From NCBI GenBank assembly GCA_021815785.1, contig JAKAZS010000005.1, positions 1-60,196 on the forward strand: a stretch of 60,196 bases of DNA, written 5' to 3'. A model generated the notes under the pieces. That model was not told the DNA's origin and did not search any database. It saw only the letters and a program-made list of their open reading frames with translations. The DNA is from a bacterium. GTDB taxonomy: Bacteria; Cyanobacteriota; Vampirovibrionia; Obscuribacterales; JAKAZS01. This document shows positions 1 through 9,283 of the stretch, in pieces (the stretch's first letter is position 1; each line of letters starts with the position of its first letter). The position numbers were made by a program, and so were the translations under genes.

Positions 1-1
1 A

Positions 2-217
2 TCTAAATGTAATTCTGAGCAAGTTCTTTGGATGGCAGACTGCTATTCTTTAGCAAAAAAATTCCCCGATCCTAAATTATGGCTTAAATTACTTGAACCA
101 ATCGAGTCAGAAGATCCCAACGAAATAAATCCATTTCATTATTGGCTTTGGATGGAAATTTGGAAAGCTGCTCAAGTAAATAAAAGGGACAGTTCAAGGG
201 TTTTAGTCAAGAAATAA
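2..217 (+). CDS. 3' end of a hypothetical protein (partial; the frame is open to the window edge)
   Basis: The frame of ORF 32..217 has no stop back to nt 2, so the gene probably starts upstream of the window. No recognisable motif. Confidence 0.3.
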   Translation, partial: SKCNSEQVLWMADCYSLAKKFPDPKLWLKLLEPIESEDPNEINPFHYWLWMEIWKAAQVNKRDSSRVLVKK

Positions 218-224
218 TTGCATA

Positions 225-258
225 GAGAACATAAAGAAGCTAGCTTTTTTATGTTCTC
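225..258 (+). terminator. Near-perfect 34-nt palindrome/hairpin downstream of the partial ORF
   Basis: GAGAACATAAAGAAGCT/AGCTTTTTTATGTTCTC forms 17-bp arms with one mismatch. The 3' arm is T-rich, and the hairpin starts 8 nt after the stop at 217. Confidence 0.45.
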
Positions 259-289
259 AAGCATATAATATTATTTTTTGTAGAACTTT

Positions 290-937
290 ATGCCAAACTC
301 TTATGTAAAACAATTAGTCAGTGAAAATAGCCAACGCTCATTTAATTTATTAATAGCTGTGGCTTTTTTGTTGATAGTTATACCGTTCACTTTTATTTAT
401 CTCTTAAAAATAAAGTTACCGTTATTTTTTTACTTTATTTTATTTGCCATTGCCCGTGTTATTTACATTATTGCTAAAGCTTACAATAATTTATCACTAA
501 GAGCTTCTCAAGGTTTAGAAGCTGAAGAACTGGTGCGCGAACAACTAATTAAACTACCAGCACCATGGAAATTTGAAGCCAATGTTAAACTAAAGCAATT
601 GGGCGATTTGGATTTTTTTGTAACTAGTCCCAATAACCATAACTTTGCGATTGAAGTCAAATCTCATTATGGCGTAATTGTGTCTAACCAGAACACATTA
701 AAACGCAAAGTTAAAGGACAAATTCAAGAATTTGAAAAAGATTTCTTAGTTCAAACGAAGTTAGAAAGTAATGCCATGGAAACCTTAACCAATCAAAGTG
801 GGATAATACCAGTTCTCGTATTCACAAATGCTAGTCTTGAACTAGACTCAGCCAAAATTAACGATGTATACATCCTCACAATTAAAGATTTAAATAATTT
901 TCTCTTAAATTATACAACGACTTTAATTACCAAATAA
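290..937 (+). CDS. Membrane-anchored NERD-like (PD-(D/E)xK nuclease-related) domain protein
   Basis: Two N-terminal hydrophobic helices are followed by GLEAEELVREQL...LGDLDFFVTSP...FAIEVKSHYG. This fits the NERD pattern G..GE..V / D-x(n)-E-x-K. Confidence 0.5.
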   Translation: MPNSYVKQLVSENSQRSFNLLIAVAFLLIVIPFTFIYLLKIKLPLFFYFILFAIARVIYIIAKAYNNLSLRASQGLEAEELVREQLIKLPAPWKFEANVKLKQLGDLDFFVTSPNNHNFAIEVKSHYGVIVSNQNTLKRKVKGQIQEFEKDFLVQTKLESNAMETLTNQSGIIPVLVFTNASLELDSAKINDVYILTIKDLNNFLLNYTTTLITK

Positions 938-1702
938 TTTAATGAGTAATATGGAAAAGAAATAAAGACTTACTAAAGCAGCTAAAACAATAAGCATCGA
1001 AAAAGCGGTTGGATCAGGGGTTATAATTGCACTTACAACCGTTGCGCCAAAAACTGCATACCGCCATACTTTTATAAGCATGGTCGAATTGACGATTTTC
1101 GCCAGTGAAAGCATAAACAGGACGATCGGCAATTGAAAGCATAAGCCCATATATAGCAAAATAGATGTAACAAGTGAAATATAGAAATCTAAACGCTGAT
1201 TAACCGGACAAATTCCTTGACCAAAATTCAAAAAGAAATGGAGCATGGCTGGGAGCAAACAGGTATAAGCAAAAACAACACCAGCATAAAACAGCAATGG
1301 GGAACCAACTAACAATGGCAATACCATTTTGCGTTCATGGGCAGTTAATCCAGGTTTAACAAAAAAATAAATTTCTCCTAAGATTAGTGGTGCAATAATA
1401 ATTATTGCTAAATAAAAAGCTACTTTAAAAAAAACGAATAAAGGCTCTTCAATAGATAATGATTGAAAAGTAATATTGCCTGCTGGGGCTTCTAATAATT
1501 TAAGTACTTGTTTTGTAAAAAACAAACTTACTAAAAATGAAACAGTAACATAAATTAAAACTTTAATAATGCGGCTACGTAATTCATCAAGATGATCAAT
1601 AACCGACATATAGGCTCTTGGATCACCTTCAAAAGATGATTCATAAACATTAGTACGATCAAAATCTTGAGGTGAACTATTTCCTAAATCCATTTTTAAC
1701 AC
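923..1702 (-). CDS. tatC: Sec-independent (twin-arginine) translocase subunit TatC
   Basis: N-terminal HLDELRSRIIK motif (the HL.ELR.R signature) followed by six hydrophobic segments; 259 aa. Confidence 0.85.
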   Translation of the reverse strand: MLKMDLGNSSPQDFDRTNVYESSFEGDPRAYMSVIDHLDELRSRIIKVLIYVTVSFLVSLFFTKQVLKLLEAPAGNITFQSLSIEEPLFVFFKVAFYLAIIIIAPLILGEIYFFVKPGLTAHERKMVLPLLVGSPLLFYAGVVFAYTCLLPAMLHFFLNFGQGICPVNQRLDFYISLVTSILLYMGLCFQLPIVLFMLSLAKIVNSTMLIKVWRYAVFGATVVSAIITPDPTAFSMLIVLAALVSLYFFSILLIKLFGN

Positions 1703-2513
1703 TCCACCAGTGATTTAAAACTATAGCTGCACTTATCGTAACGTTTAAAGATTCTAAACTAGGATTAGTGGGAATTTTAATAATTTCATTGGCCATAGCC
1801 AGTAAATCTGCATTAACACCATGTCCTTCATTGCCTAACACCACGGCTCGGTTCAAATTAACATTGGTATCATAAATCGACAGCCCAGCTTTAGCATCTA
1901 AAACACAAATGCTAATATTATGTTGTTTTAAATAATCGATAAGATAATTGCACTCAACATTACATACAAATGGAACCTTAAAAATATTTCCCGTAGAAGC
2001 CCTTACTACCTTAGGATTATAAATATCCACACACCCCTTAAGCAAAACTATTCCCGAAACATCAAAGCCATTACTTGTTCTAATCAAATTACCTAAATTG
2101 CCCGGATCCTGTACACTATCTAATATTAATAGAGGCCCTTTACTTAAATTCAAAAGACATTCTGCTAAAGTAGTATTAAACTTATGGGCTACAGCAATAA
2201 TTCCACATTCATTAACTGTAGTTGTAAGACTGGCAAAAATTTTATCTTCAACCAAGCAAACATTGCTTAAATTTACAATTGCTTTATCTGGCCAATCCTT
2301 AAAGTAAGACTGGCTTACGATAATACTTTCAAGTTTATAATCCTGACTTAAAGCTTCATTGACACAATTTACACCTTCAAGTAAAAATAGATTATGTTTC
2401 TGCCTACCAATTTGAGTATGCAAATTGCGAATTAGCTTTAAAATCTGATTTTGCGGACTGGTTATGGGTGTTAAATTCAAAGAATTAAGCGACACTCGCT
2501 TTGACATTTTCAA
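1677..2513 (-). CDS. TrmH/SpoU-family RNA 2'-O-methyltransferase
   Basis: SpoU motifs [22 protein letters not shown] and [18 protein letters not shown]. The N-terminal substrate-binding-like region and size (278 aa) also fit. Confidence 0.8.
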   Translation of the reverse strand: MKMSKRVSLNSLNLTPITSPQNQILKLIRNLHTQIGRQKHNLFLLEGVNCVNEALSQDYKLESIIVSQSYFKDWPDKAIVNLSNVCLVEDKIFASLTTTVNECGIIAVAHKFNTTLAECLLNLSKGPLLILDSVQDPGNLGNLIRTSNGFDVSGIVLLKGCVDIYNPKVVRASTGNIFKVPFVCNVECNYLIDYLKQHNISICVLDAKAGLSIYDTNVNLNRAVVLGNEGHGVNADLLAMANEIIKIPTNPSLESLNVTISAAIVLNHWWSVKNGFRK

Positions 2514-2841
2514 TTAACTGAACAAACGCAGATTCATTAGTAACAGCTAGATTAGCTAACATCTTGCGGTTAATTAAAATGTTTTTATGTTTCAATCCAT
2601 TTACAAACTGATTGTAACTCAAACCATTCTGTCTACAAATAGCGTTAATTCTCACAATCCAAAGCCTGCGAAAATCTCGTTTGCGTTTTTTACGATCACG
2701 ATAGGCATTTTTAAAAGCCTGCATTACGGCCTGATTAGCAGCAGTAAACAATCTTGACTTACTACCAATAAAACCTTTAGCATATTTTAATATTTTTTTA
2801 TGTCTTTTTTGTAAAACATTTCCACGTTTGACTCTAGCCAT
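2485..2841 (-). CDS. rplT: 50S ribosomal protein L20
   Basis: [24 protein letters not shown]... is a typical L20 N-terminus. The gene follows rpmI. Confidence 0.95.
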   Translation of the reverse strand: MARVKRGNVLQKRHKKILKYAKGFIGSKSRLFTAANQAVMQAFKNAYRDRKKRKRDFRRLWIVRINAICRQNGLSYNQFVNGLKHKNILINRKMLANLAVTNESAFVQLIENVKASVA

Positions 2842-2888
2842 CTTAAATTCCTCAATAAAATTTAATTAAAAATTAGTAACAACTATCT

Positions 2889-3098
2889 CTATCTAAGATA
2901 TTTTTTGTAGGGGAACATACTAAGTACATGTTCTTGAACAACAGCATCAACAGCTCCCCAGCCTTTTAGGCGTCGTTTTACTTTAGAAGACATCCATTCA
3001 TTCAAATGTCGTTTTCCAGCATGTCGTTTAAGAATTTTTCCGGTTGCAGTTATTTTAAATCTTCGCGCTGCAGCTTTATTCGTCTTCATCTTGGGCAT
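2889..3098 (-). CDS. rpmI: 50S ribosomal protein L35
   Basis: [31 protein letters not shown]; 69 aa; lies between infC and rplT. Confidence 0.95.
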   Translation of the reverse strand: MPKMKTNKAAARRFKITATGKILKRHAGKRHLNEWMSSKVKRRLKGWGAVDAVVQEHVLSMFPYKKYLR

Positions 3099-3690
3099 TG
3101 TTTTCGTTCCTAATCACTATTGTTGGTTTCTTAACCTTATGGGGGTTTGGCGAAAGTATCATAATAACACTTTTTCCTTCCATTTTGGCTTCTTTATCAA
3201 TTATAGCAAATTCATTTAAATTGTCAGCCAGTCGGTTTAACAATTCAATTGCCAAGTTGGCGTGTTGAAATTCACGACCTTTAAGCATAATTGACACTTT
3301 TATTTTATCACCATCACTTAAAAATTTTTGCGCACTTTTTAATTTTACTAAATAATCATGTTCTTCAATTTTGTAACGCATCTTAATTTCTTTAACATCC
3401 ATTACATGCTGTTTCTTTTTAGCTTCACGAACTTTCTTTTCTTGTTCAAATTTAAATTTGCCATAATCCAAAATTCTAGCTACCGGTGGAACTGAATCTG
3501 GTTGAACCAATAATATATCAAGCCCTTTTTCAAAAGCAATATTTAACGCTTCTTTAGTTTGTAAAATCCCAAGCTGATTACCATTTTCATCAATTACTCT
3601 GATTTCCTTATCCCGAATTCTTTCATTTAAAGGCGGTAAGTCTTTTCGCTGATCAATTCTACGCGGGTCTTTAAAGTCTGGATTATTCAA
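3076..3690 (-). CDS. infC: Translation initiation factor IF-3
   Basis: Contains [22 protein letters not shown] and [10 protein letters not shown]. It sits in the canonical infC-rpmI-rplT order. The start is TTG, with an in-frame TAA immediately upstream. Confidence 0.92.
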   Translation of the reverse strand: MNNPDFKDPRRIDQRKDLPPLNERIRDKEIRVIDENGNQLGILQTKEALNIAFEKGLDILLVQPDSVPPVARILDYGKFKFEQEKKVREAKKKQHVMDVKEIKMRYKIEEHDYLVKLKSAQKFLSDGDKIKVSIMLKGREFQHANLAIELLNRLADNLNEFAIIDKEAKMEGKSVIMILSPNPHKVKKPTIVIRNENNAQDEDE

Positions 3691-3717
3691 TTATGTGTTA
3701 AACCTCATTTTAAAATG

Positions 3718-4032
3718 TCAAAGGAACGACTTGAACAGCCACAAGTCCAAGCAATAATGCTAAAACTGTGTAGGTAATTGCCAAAGGAACGACTTGAACA
3801 GCCACAAGTCCAAGCAATAATGCTAAAACTTTGCAGGTAATTGCCAAAGGAACGACTTGAACAGCCACAAGTCCAAGCAATAATGCTAAAACTTTGTAGG
3901 TAATTGCCAAAGGAACGACTTGAACAGCCACAAGTCCAAGCAATAATGCTAAAACTTTGTAGGTAATTGCCAAAGGAACGACTTGAACAGCCACAAGTCC
4001 AAGCAATAATGCTAAAACTTTGTAGGTAATTG
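3718..4032 (-). repeat. Five head-to-tail 63-bp tandem units, each ending in a degenerate copy of the tRNA-Leu 3' end
   Basis: Unit boundaries are 3718/3781/3844/3907/3970/4033. Copies differ at only a few positions. The unit (RNA sense) is ATTACCTACAAAGTTTTAGCATTATTGCTTGGA + CTTGTGGCTGTTCAAGTCGTTCCTTTGGCA. Confidence 0.9.
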
Positions 4033-4113
4033 CCGAAGGAGGGACTTGAACCCACAAGAGCTTACGCTCACTACGACCTGAACGTAGCGTGTTTGCCATT
4101 TCACCACTTCGGC
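4031..4113 (-). tRNA. tRNA-Leu (anticodon CAG), type II with long variable arm, no encoded CCA
   Basis: Hand-folded. Acceptor is GCCGAAG/CTTCGGC, D arm is GTG-AAATGGCAAA-CAC. The anticodon arm is CTACG-TTCAGGT-CGTAG and the variable arm is 15 nt. The T arm is GTGGG-TTCAAGT-CCCTC with one U-U mismatch, and the discriminator is A. Total 83 nt. Confidence 0.85.
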
Positions 4114-4189
4114 ACCATGAACTATCAACAAATAGCTGGGGTTGATCGCAATATTTAAAATTAAGCAATGTAATTAATATAGCTACAAA

Positions 4190-4432
4190 CTACCCTTCAG
4201 ATGTAAATGGCATAAGAATAATTTGTCGGGCACGCTTAATAGCTTTAGTCAAAGATCTTTGATGAAAAGAACAATTACCATTAATACGTCCAGGCAGTAT
4301 TTTACCGCGTTCGGTCACATACTTTTTAAGACGATTGGTATCTTTGTAATCAATTAAATTTATTCTATCGGCACAAAAGCCACAAAGCTTACGTCGTCTT
4401 TGCAACATGTCATTCATCGGTTTCGAAATCAA
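4190..4432 (-). CDS. rpsR: 30S ribosomal protein S18
   Basis: [56 protein letters not shown] start in the track; an ATG lies 5 codons downstream. Confidence 0.93.
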   Translation of the reverse strand: MISKPMNDMLQRRRKLCGFCADRINLIDYKDTNRLKKYVTERGKILPGRINGNCSFHQRSLTKAIKRARQIILMPFTSEG

Positions 4433-4501
4433 TTTTTTGTCCTCTCACAAATATAAATATCTAACTATACATTAACAAAATTCAACAAAGCAATTAAATT
4501 G

Positions 4502-4978
4502 TTAAAATGGTATTTCATCTTCAGTTGCAAATATTGAATCCATGTCAACATCAGCACTATTCAAATCAATATTGTTTAACTTAGGAGCTTGGGCTGTTTG
4601 CAATACAGCAACCTGTTTAACAGCTGGCATTTGCTCCATACTGAGACTACTCGTATTAGCTCCAACAGGTAAACCTTCAACTGATTGAGCTTCAATTTCG
4701 GCATTACGTTTTTTACTACCATCTTGAGCTACATAATTATTGATCTGCAATCGGCCTTCAACAGTTACATAATCGCCTTTGTTGAACTGTGTTGAACAAC
4801 GCTCAGCTAAATCCCTCCAAGTTATAACCTTAATAGGACTTGGATCAGACTTATTTTCCTGACGCATTGATTCAACAGCAATGAAAAACTCAGTTTTAGC
4901 TACATTAGTTTGAGGAGTATACCTCTTTTCAGGCTGTTTAACAACTTGTCCAGATAAAACAATTTTACTTAAACTCAT
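4502..4978 (-). CDS. ssb: Single-stranded DNA-binding protein
   Basis: An OB-fold N-terminus (VLSGQVVKQPEKRYTPQ...WRDLAE), a disordered linker and a C-terminal acidic tip ...EDEIPF. It lies between rpsF and rpsR. Confidence 0.9.
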   Translation of the reverse strand: MSLSKIVLSGQVVKQPEKRYTPQTNVAKTEFFIAVESMRQENKSDPSPIKVITWRDLAERCSTQFNKGDYVTVEGRLQINNYVAQDGSKKRNAEIEAQSVEGLPVGANTSSLSMEQMPAVKQVAVLQTAQAPKLNNIDLNSADVDMDSIFATEDEIPF

Positions 4979-5003
4979 AATTTACTTTTTATCCTTTTCC
5001 AAC

Positions 5004-5342
5004 CTAAGCTTCCAACGCATAGCTGGATTCACCCTTAGGAATACATGCAATCATTGATCGTAAAATATCTTCGGATAAATTCAGCATTCGTTTAAAAGGT
5101 TCAATGACCGTTCCTGCAGCTTGGAACTTAGTTAATACATAATAACCATCACGCATTTTACTAACTTCATAAGCTAGGCGTCGGCGACCTTTTTTCTCAC
5201 TTAACACTTCAGTTGAACCCAAATTCTTTAAATAGTCTTCAATTGAAGTTATAACCTTGTCAGTAGAATCCTCGTCTAAATTAGGTCTTACAATAAATAA
5301 GACCTCATAATCTTTTTTAAAATCGCTTTTTCCTTTGCTCAC
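5004..5342 (-). CDS. rpsF: 30S ribosomal protein S6
   Basis: YEVLFIVRPNLDED...GRRRLAYEV....GYYVL; first gene of the rpsF-ssb-rpsR order; GTG start. Confidence 0.92.
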   Translation of the reverse strand: MSKGKSDFKKDYEVLFIVRPNLDEDSTDKVITSIEDYLKNLGSTEVLSEKKGRRRLAYEVSKMRDGYYVLTKFQAAGTVIEPFKRMLNLSEDILRSMIACIPKGESSYALEA

Positions 5343-5647
5343 TCCATTAACCTCGTAATATATCGGCTTTGTTAATCAAATTTGCATCTATACAAACAGA
5401 TGCGACAGGGTGAAATACTCAAATAATTTACCATATTAATGATAATATTATATTTTAATCAGATTAAAAATTTAATGTTTTGTATTAAAAATTTTTATAT
5501 CCAATTGAAATATATAATACATCATTATTATAATTTTTTTGTGAAATTGCGTATTTTTTCTATTGCCGTATTTTCAGCTTTTCGGTAGTATTTATGATAA
5601 AATTTATTTAACCTTATCCATTTTTCAGATAAATTAATTCTAAGCAA

Positions 5648-6859
5648 ATGAAAATCCGCCTTTTTTTAATTTTAAGCCTATTTTTTTTATTGACAACGGT
5701 AAGCGTTAATGCGCGCGAGCCCTGGCGAAACGATACCAGTAATCTTCCTTCGCCAACTGGCACAATTGGCCTGCCTAAATACAGCAATGCCAATGCTAAC
5801 ACCAACACATGGTCATCTACTGGGCAGGTTAATGGTTTTAATCCCAGTTTTCTCCAGCAACAACTAACATATAGCATTAATGCGGGCACGATAATAACCG
5901 GAATCATGGCAACACCTATATCCAGTAAATTAAGCCAACCAGGTACAATTATTGCAATAGATTTACCGTTAGGCTATAAAAGCAATAATACAACTCTAAT
6001 TCCTCCAGGATCCAAGATAATTGGCGTAGTAATGAACACATCACCCTCGGCTACATTAAATCATGGTCATCCCGGGCGGATTGAATTAAGCCTCCAGACT
6101 TTAGTCTTTCCTAGTGGTAAAAGCACTGAATTTCACGGATTTATCAGCCATAATGTCAGCCAAGATCAAATCAAAGAAGCTCTTACTAAAAGTGCCGGAT
6201 TTGATGTAAAAGATTATCCTCAATTAGGAACATCCTTCTTACGCAGTTTTACATTAGGGATTGGCGCCTTTACCAAAAAAAACAACCAGGGCGGTGATTT
6301 GAATATTGCGGCTGGCACTATGATACCAATAAAATTAACGCGTAGACTAGATTTAGCTCAAATGATTAATTTTCAATATTCACCTAATAATAATTCACTA
6401 CCCGCAAATTACAGCCAATGGGGCAATACAGTTAAAACTAATTCAAACCCATATAATGCTTATTCAAGTATAAATAATCCAAACAATAATTCAGCGCCAA
6501 ATCAAAGTCAGCTGAACCCTAACATTAATTCTTATAATCCCAATTCCAATTTAACTCAAAATCAAAGTCAATTTAATTCCAGCCTTAATCCTTATAATGC
6601 CAATTCTAATGGAAGTGCGCTAAATTTTCCAAATACAAACAACCAAGTCAATTCCAATACTAACAATACAGCTTTCACCCAAAATCAGAATCTACCTCAT
6701 AATCTAGCACCATTACCACCCAATAATATTGACAATTTAATCAACCCAAATTCAAATGCTAATTTATACAAACAGCAATTAGACAAAAACCCCAATAGTG
6801 TATTTGACATTCCTGTAGATGGTTACCCGACAGCTAATACCCATAAAATCAGCCCCTAA
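5648..6859 (+). CDS. Secreted protein with a TrbI/VirB10-like beta-barrel domain and a long Asn/Gln/Pro-rich tail
   Basis: Signal peptide MKIRLFLILSLFFLLTTVSVNA. The core INAGTIITGIMATPISS...LIPPGSKIIGVV...GRIELSLQTLVFPSGKS follows the pattern of the TrbI/VirB10 C-terminal domain. The C-terminal ~150 aa is low complexity (NPN/NQS). Confidence 0.45.
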   Translation: MKIRLFLILSLFFLLTTVSVNAREPWRNDTSNLPSPTGTIGLPKYSNANANTNTWSSTGQVNGFNPSFLQQQLTYSINAGTIITGIMATPISSKLSQPGTIIAIDLPLGYKSNNTTLIPPGSKIIGVVMNTSPSATLNHGHPGRIELSLQTLVFPSGKSTEFHGFISHNVSQDQIKEALTKSAGFDVKDYPQLGTSFLRSFTLGIGAFTKKNNQGGDLNIAAGTMIPIKLTRRLDLAQMINFQYSPNNNSLPANYSQWGNTVKTNSNPYNAYSSINNPNNNSAPNQSQLNPNINSYNPNSNLTQNQSQFNSSLNPYNANSNGSALNFPNTNNQVNSNTNNTAFTQNQNLPHNLAPLPPNNIDNLINPNSNANLYKQQLDKNPNSVFDIPVDGYPTANTHKISP

Positions 6860-6890
6860 TTTTAACCAAATTAACTTATTAACGTTTTAC

Positions 6891-7283
6891 TCACGGCAAA
6901 AGGTTTAGTAGATTATTTTTAATCAGAAAAGTCCGAAAATCAGCCCGCAAATTAATTCCATTGGGAGCAAAGTTTTGCGGACGAAATATTTCTTGCCTTT
7001 TCAGGGTCGAAACCCGCTTAACTTCTTCATAGGGAAGCCCTTGATCAGTGAAGAATTTAGTTAAGGAATTAATTTTAATTTTATTTGCATTAACTTTGGT
7101 AATAATGGTTATCGACTCATATTGCAAGGTTTTAATAATTTGATTACTGTATGAATCATAGTAAACCTCACGAGCTCTGGCCACTTTAATTACATTCTCA
7201 TTATTGGACTGAATAATTTTCATGTCATAGGTTTGAATATTATACATTTGATTATCGCTGTTAATGCTTCGATATTTTGGCAA
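6891..7283 (-). CDS. Hypothetical protein
   Basis: ORF only; TTG start. The frame stays open for about 130 nt further upstream without a canonical start codon, so this could be an N-terminally eroded gene. Confidence 0.35.
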   Translation of the reverse strand: MPKYRSINSDNQMYNIQTYDMKIIQSNNENVIKVARAREVYYDSYSNQIIKTLQYESITIITKVNANKIKINSLTKFFTDQGLPYEEVKRVSTLKRQEIFRPQNFAPNGINLRADFRTFLIKNNLLNLLP

Positions 7284-7633
7284 ACAGATACAGTCCCATA
7301 TATCGCCATTATTATCAATCTGGACACCATAATGATTTGTTTGGTCAGCTGCTTTTAGTCCAGGCGGATCAACCTTAGGCTGTGATGATTCAAGTATAGT
7401 TACATACTTGCGGTGAAAAGATCAACTAAGCTATTTGGGAATTTGATACCAAATAACATTAACACTAGCTGGTGGTAAATTGTTCAAGTAAAATTAGCGC
7501 CAGATTACTTCCAGATTAACAACCTCCTAAGTTTTTAACTTGATTTAGTTATTAGCCCAATACTCATAAATTTATTCTCTAAAAAACTCAAAAACAACAT
7601 CACGTCGTTAATAAATATTCTTACTTAACTTAA

Positions 7634-9283
7634 CTAGTCATTCTCAATATCAGCTAATTTGGTGATTCGCACCTGCCAATTACTAAAAGCTGCAAGCACA
7701 ATGCCAATAACAATACCACCCAAATGTGCCTGGCTATCTATCTGAGGAGTAAAATGTTCAACTATAAATTGAATAACTAAAGCCATTAAACAAATTCTAA
7801 TTTCTAAATTTCTAAATTTCTTATCTAAAAATTCATTACTGTTAAACAATGCCATAAGATAAGCTCCCCAAAGAGCCATTAAGCTAGCCGAGCAGCCAAC
7901 TACATACAAATGACTGTCATACAAGCAATGAAAAATGCCGCCAAATACTGCACCAAAAATCCACAAAATCAAGAAAAAATTTAAGCCAAATATTTGAATA
8001 ATAATAGGACCAAACCAAAACAATCCTATTAAATTAACTGTTAAGTGAATTAAATTAGCATGCAAAAATGAATAAGTAAATAAGCGATATAAATCATTGA
8101 TATTAGTAATTTTAGCTAAAGCAAATTCATTAATCACCCTTAAAAAATGTTCATAATGAAAATTATCCGCCAAAATATTAACCCTAAAATCAAAGAAGGC
8201 AACTTCGTAAAAATATACAAAAATCATCAATAAAATCAAACCAACAACAGTTTTAGGAAATTTAATTATTCCGGTAAATGTATTAACGATAAACACACTC
8301 CGATAGCATTTATTTAAGGTCAATTGAAAACTTTTAATTATATTGGTATCTAATAGCTTTTGATCATGCGTCAATATCAACTCTTCAAGATGATTACAAC
8401 TACGGTACCAGTATATTGAGGCCTTCTCTGATTCCAAAAATTTTCTAGCCTTGTTCAAATAATTTAAAGCTAAATCAATATCTTGCTTATTTGCCAATGC
8501 TAAAATGTAATTTTTATAATAATTTGTAAGTTTAAATTTATTATAACGAGCTTTATCCAAAAGCTTAGCCGTTAACTCAACAAAGCCCAAATTAGCATAA
8601 AAAGGAATTAGAAATAGCGCTATCTTAGACACTGTATTAATTTGACTGTCGAGTTTGGCTAAACTAAAACAGTTAAGTGAATGCTCATAATCACCAAGTT
8701 GCAAATAAGCTCGTGCAGCCGATAAGTGAAAGAAATTAATTATTGGACTTTGCTGCTCTTTTAAAAGATTGTAATTTTCAATGACTTTTGGCCAGTTTTT
8801 CGCCAATGCTAAAAAAACCATATCAGCAACAACTAAATTTTGACTGGCAAGCGGATGAAGCGGTCGTTGACTTATACTTTCAATTATGGACTTAGCTTCG
8901 TCATTTTTTTCATGAATTATCGCAATATAGGCTTGAGCCAATTCGGCGTAATATAAGCCTTGCGAGCCAGGTAAAAATATTTTCAATAATTTACCGTAAT
9001 AATTAATAGCCTGTTCGTTAGGCAAATAAATTGCATAATCAAATTTTTGCTGTAAAAATTTAGGCCAATAAAAATTAATTGCAAAGACAACAAACCAAAC
9101 AAATATCAAATATAGACTAGCAAAATATAAATTGGCTAAGTTTATAATCAATAAAATAATACTACCAATAATTGACTGTTCCATCCATAATAAATATTCT
9201 TTAGATTTAATATTTCGGATCAACAAAAAAACGATTAAACCATCAACGAGTAAAAGAAGATAATTTAAATTAATTAAATTCAT
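7634..9283 (-). CDS. Rhomboid-family intramembrane serine protease with a long N-terminal membrane + TPR-like extension
   Basis: The C-terminal core has YSFLHANLIHLTVNLIGLFWFG, a GCSASLMALWG (GxSG-like) serine motif and a HLGGIVIGIV histidine motif. The preceding helical-repeat region is about 250 aa. Confidence 0.75.
   Translation of the reverse strand: MNLINLNYLLLLVDGLIVFLLIRNIKSKEYLLWMEQSIIGSIILLIINLANLYFASLYLIFVWFVVFAINFYWPKFLQQKFDYAIYLPNEQAINYYGKLLKIFLPGSQGLYYAELAQAYIAIIHEKNDEAKSIIESISQRPLHPLASQNLVVADMVFLALAKNWPKVIENYNLLKEQQSPIINFFHLSAARAYLQLGDYEHSLNCFSLAKLDSQINTVSKIALFLIPFYANLGFVELTAKLLDKARYNKFKLTNYYKNYILALANKQDIDLALNYLNKARKFLESEKASIYWYRSCNHLEELILTHDQKLLDTNIIKSFQLTLNKCYRSVFIVNTFTGIIKFPKTVVGLILLMIFVYFYEVAFFDFRVNILADNFHYEHFLRVINEFALAKITNINDLYRLFTYSFLHANLIHLTVNLIGLFWFGPIIIQIFGLNFFLILWIFGAVFGGIFHCLYDSHLYVVGCSASLMALWGAYLMALFNSNEFLDKKFRNLEIRICLMALVIQFIVEHFTPQIDSQAHLGGIVIGIVLAAFSNWQVRITKLADIEND

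Noticed and set aside
3718-4032. CRISPR-like appearance: regular about 63-bp periodicity, with the unit containing GTTTTAG
   Set aside because: The entire 63-bp unit is repeated almost identically, so there are no unique spacers. No cas genes or leader are present in the window. It is a plain tandem repeat.
3705-4168. Two long minus-strand ORFs (116 aa and 152 aa) with a 21-aa repeating peptide, for example SSRSFGNYLQSFSIIAWTCGC
   Set aside because: They exist only because the 63-bp repeat unit is a multiple of three and happens to lack stops in two frames. One starts inside the tRNA-Leu T arm and the other reads straight through the tRNA gene. Neither has an RBS. I treat them as artefacts of the repeat.
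5384-5403. Hairpin GCATCT-8nt-AGATGC in the rpsF 5' leader, as a possible S6:S18 autoregulatory RNA
   Set aside because: It is a 6-bp stem only, and I cannot verify the conserved features of the rpsF leader motif by eye. A covariance-model search (Rfam) would be needed.
7284-7633. A relatively G+C-richer 350-bp spacer as a possible ncRNA
   Set aside because: I could not recognise any known RNA (tmRNA, SRP, RNase P, 6S) or a stable fold. Part of it is the startless upstream extension of the 6891..7283 frame, so an eroded coding sequence is a simpler explanation.
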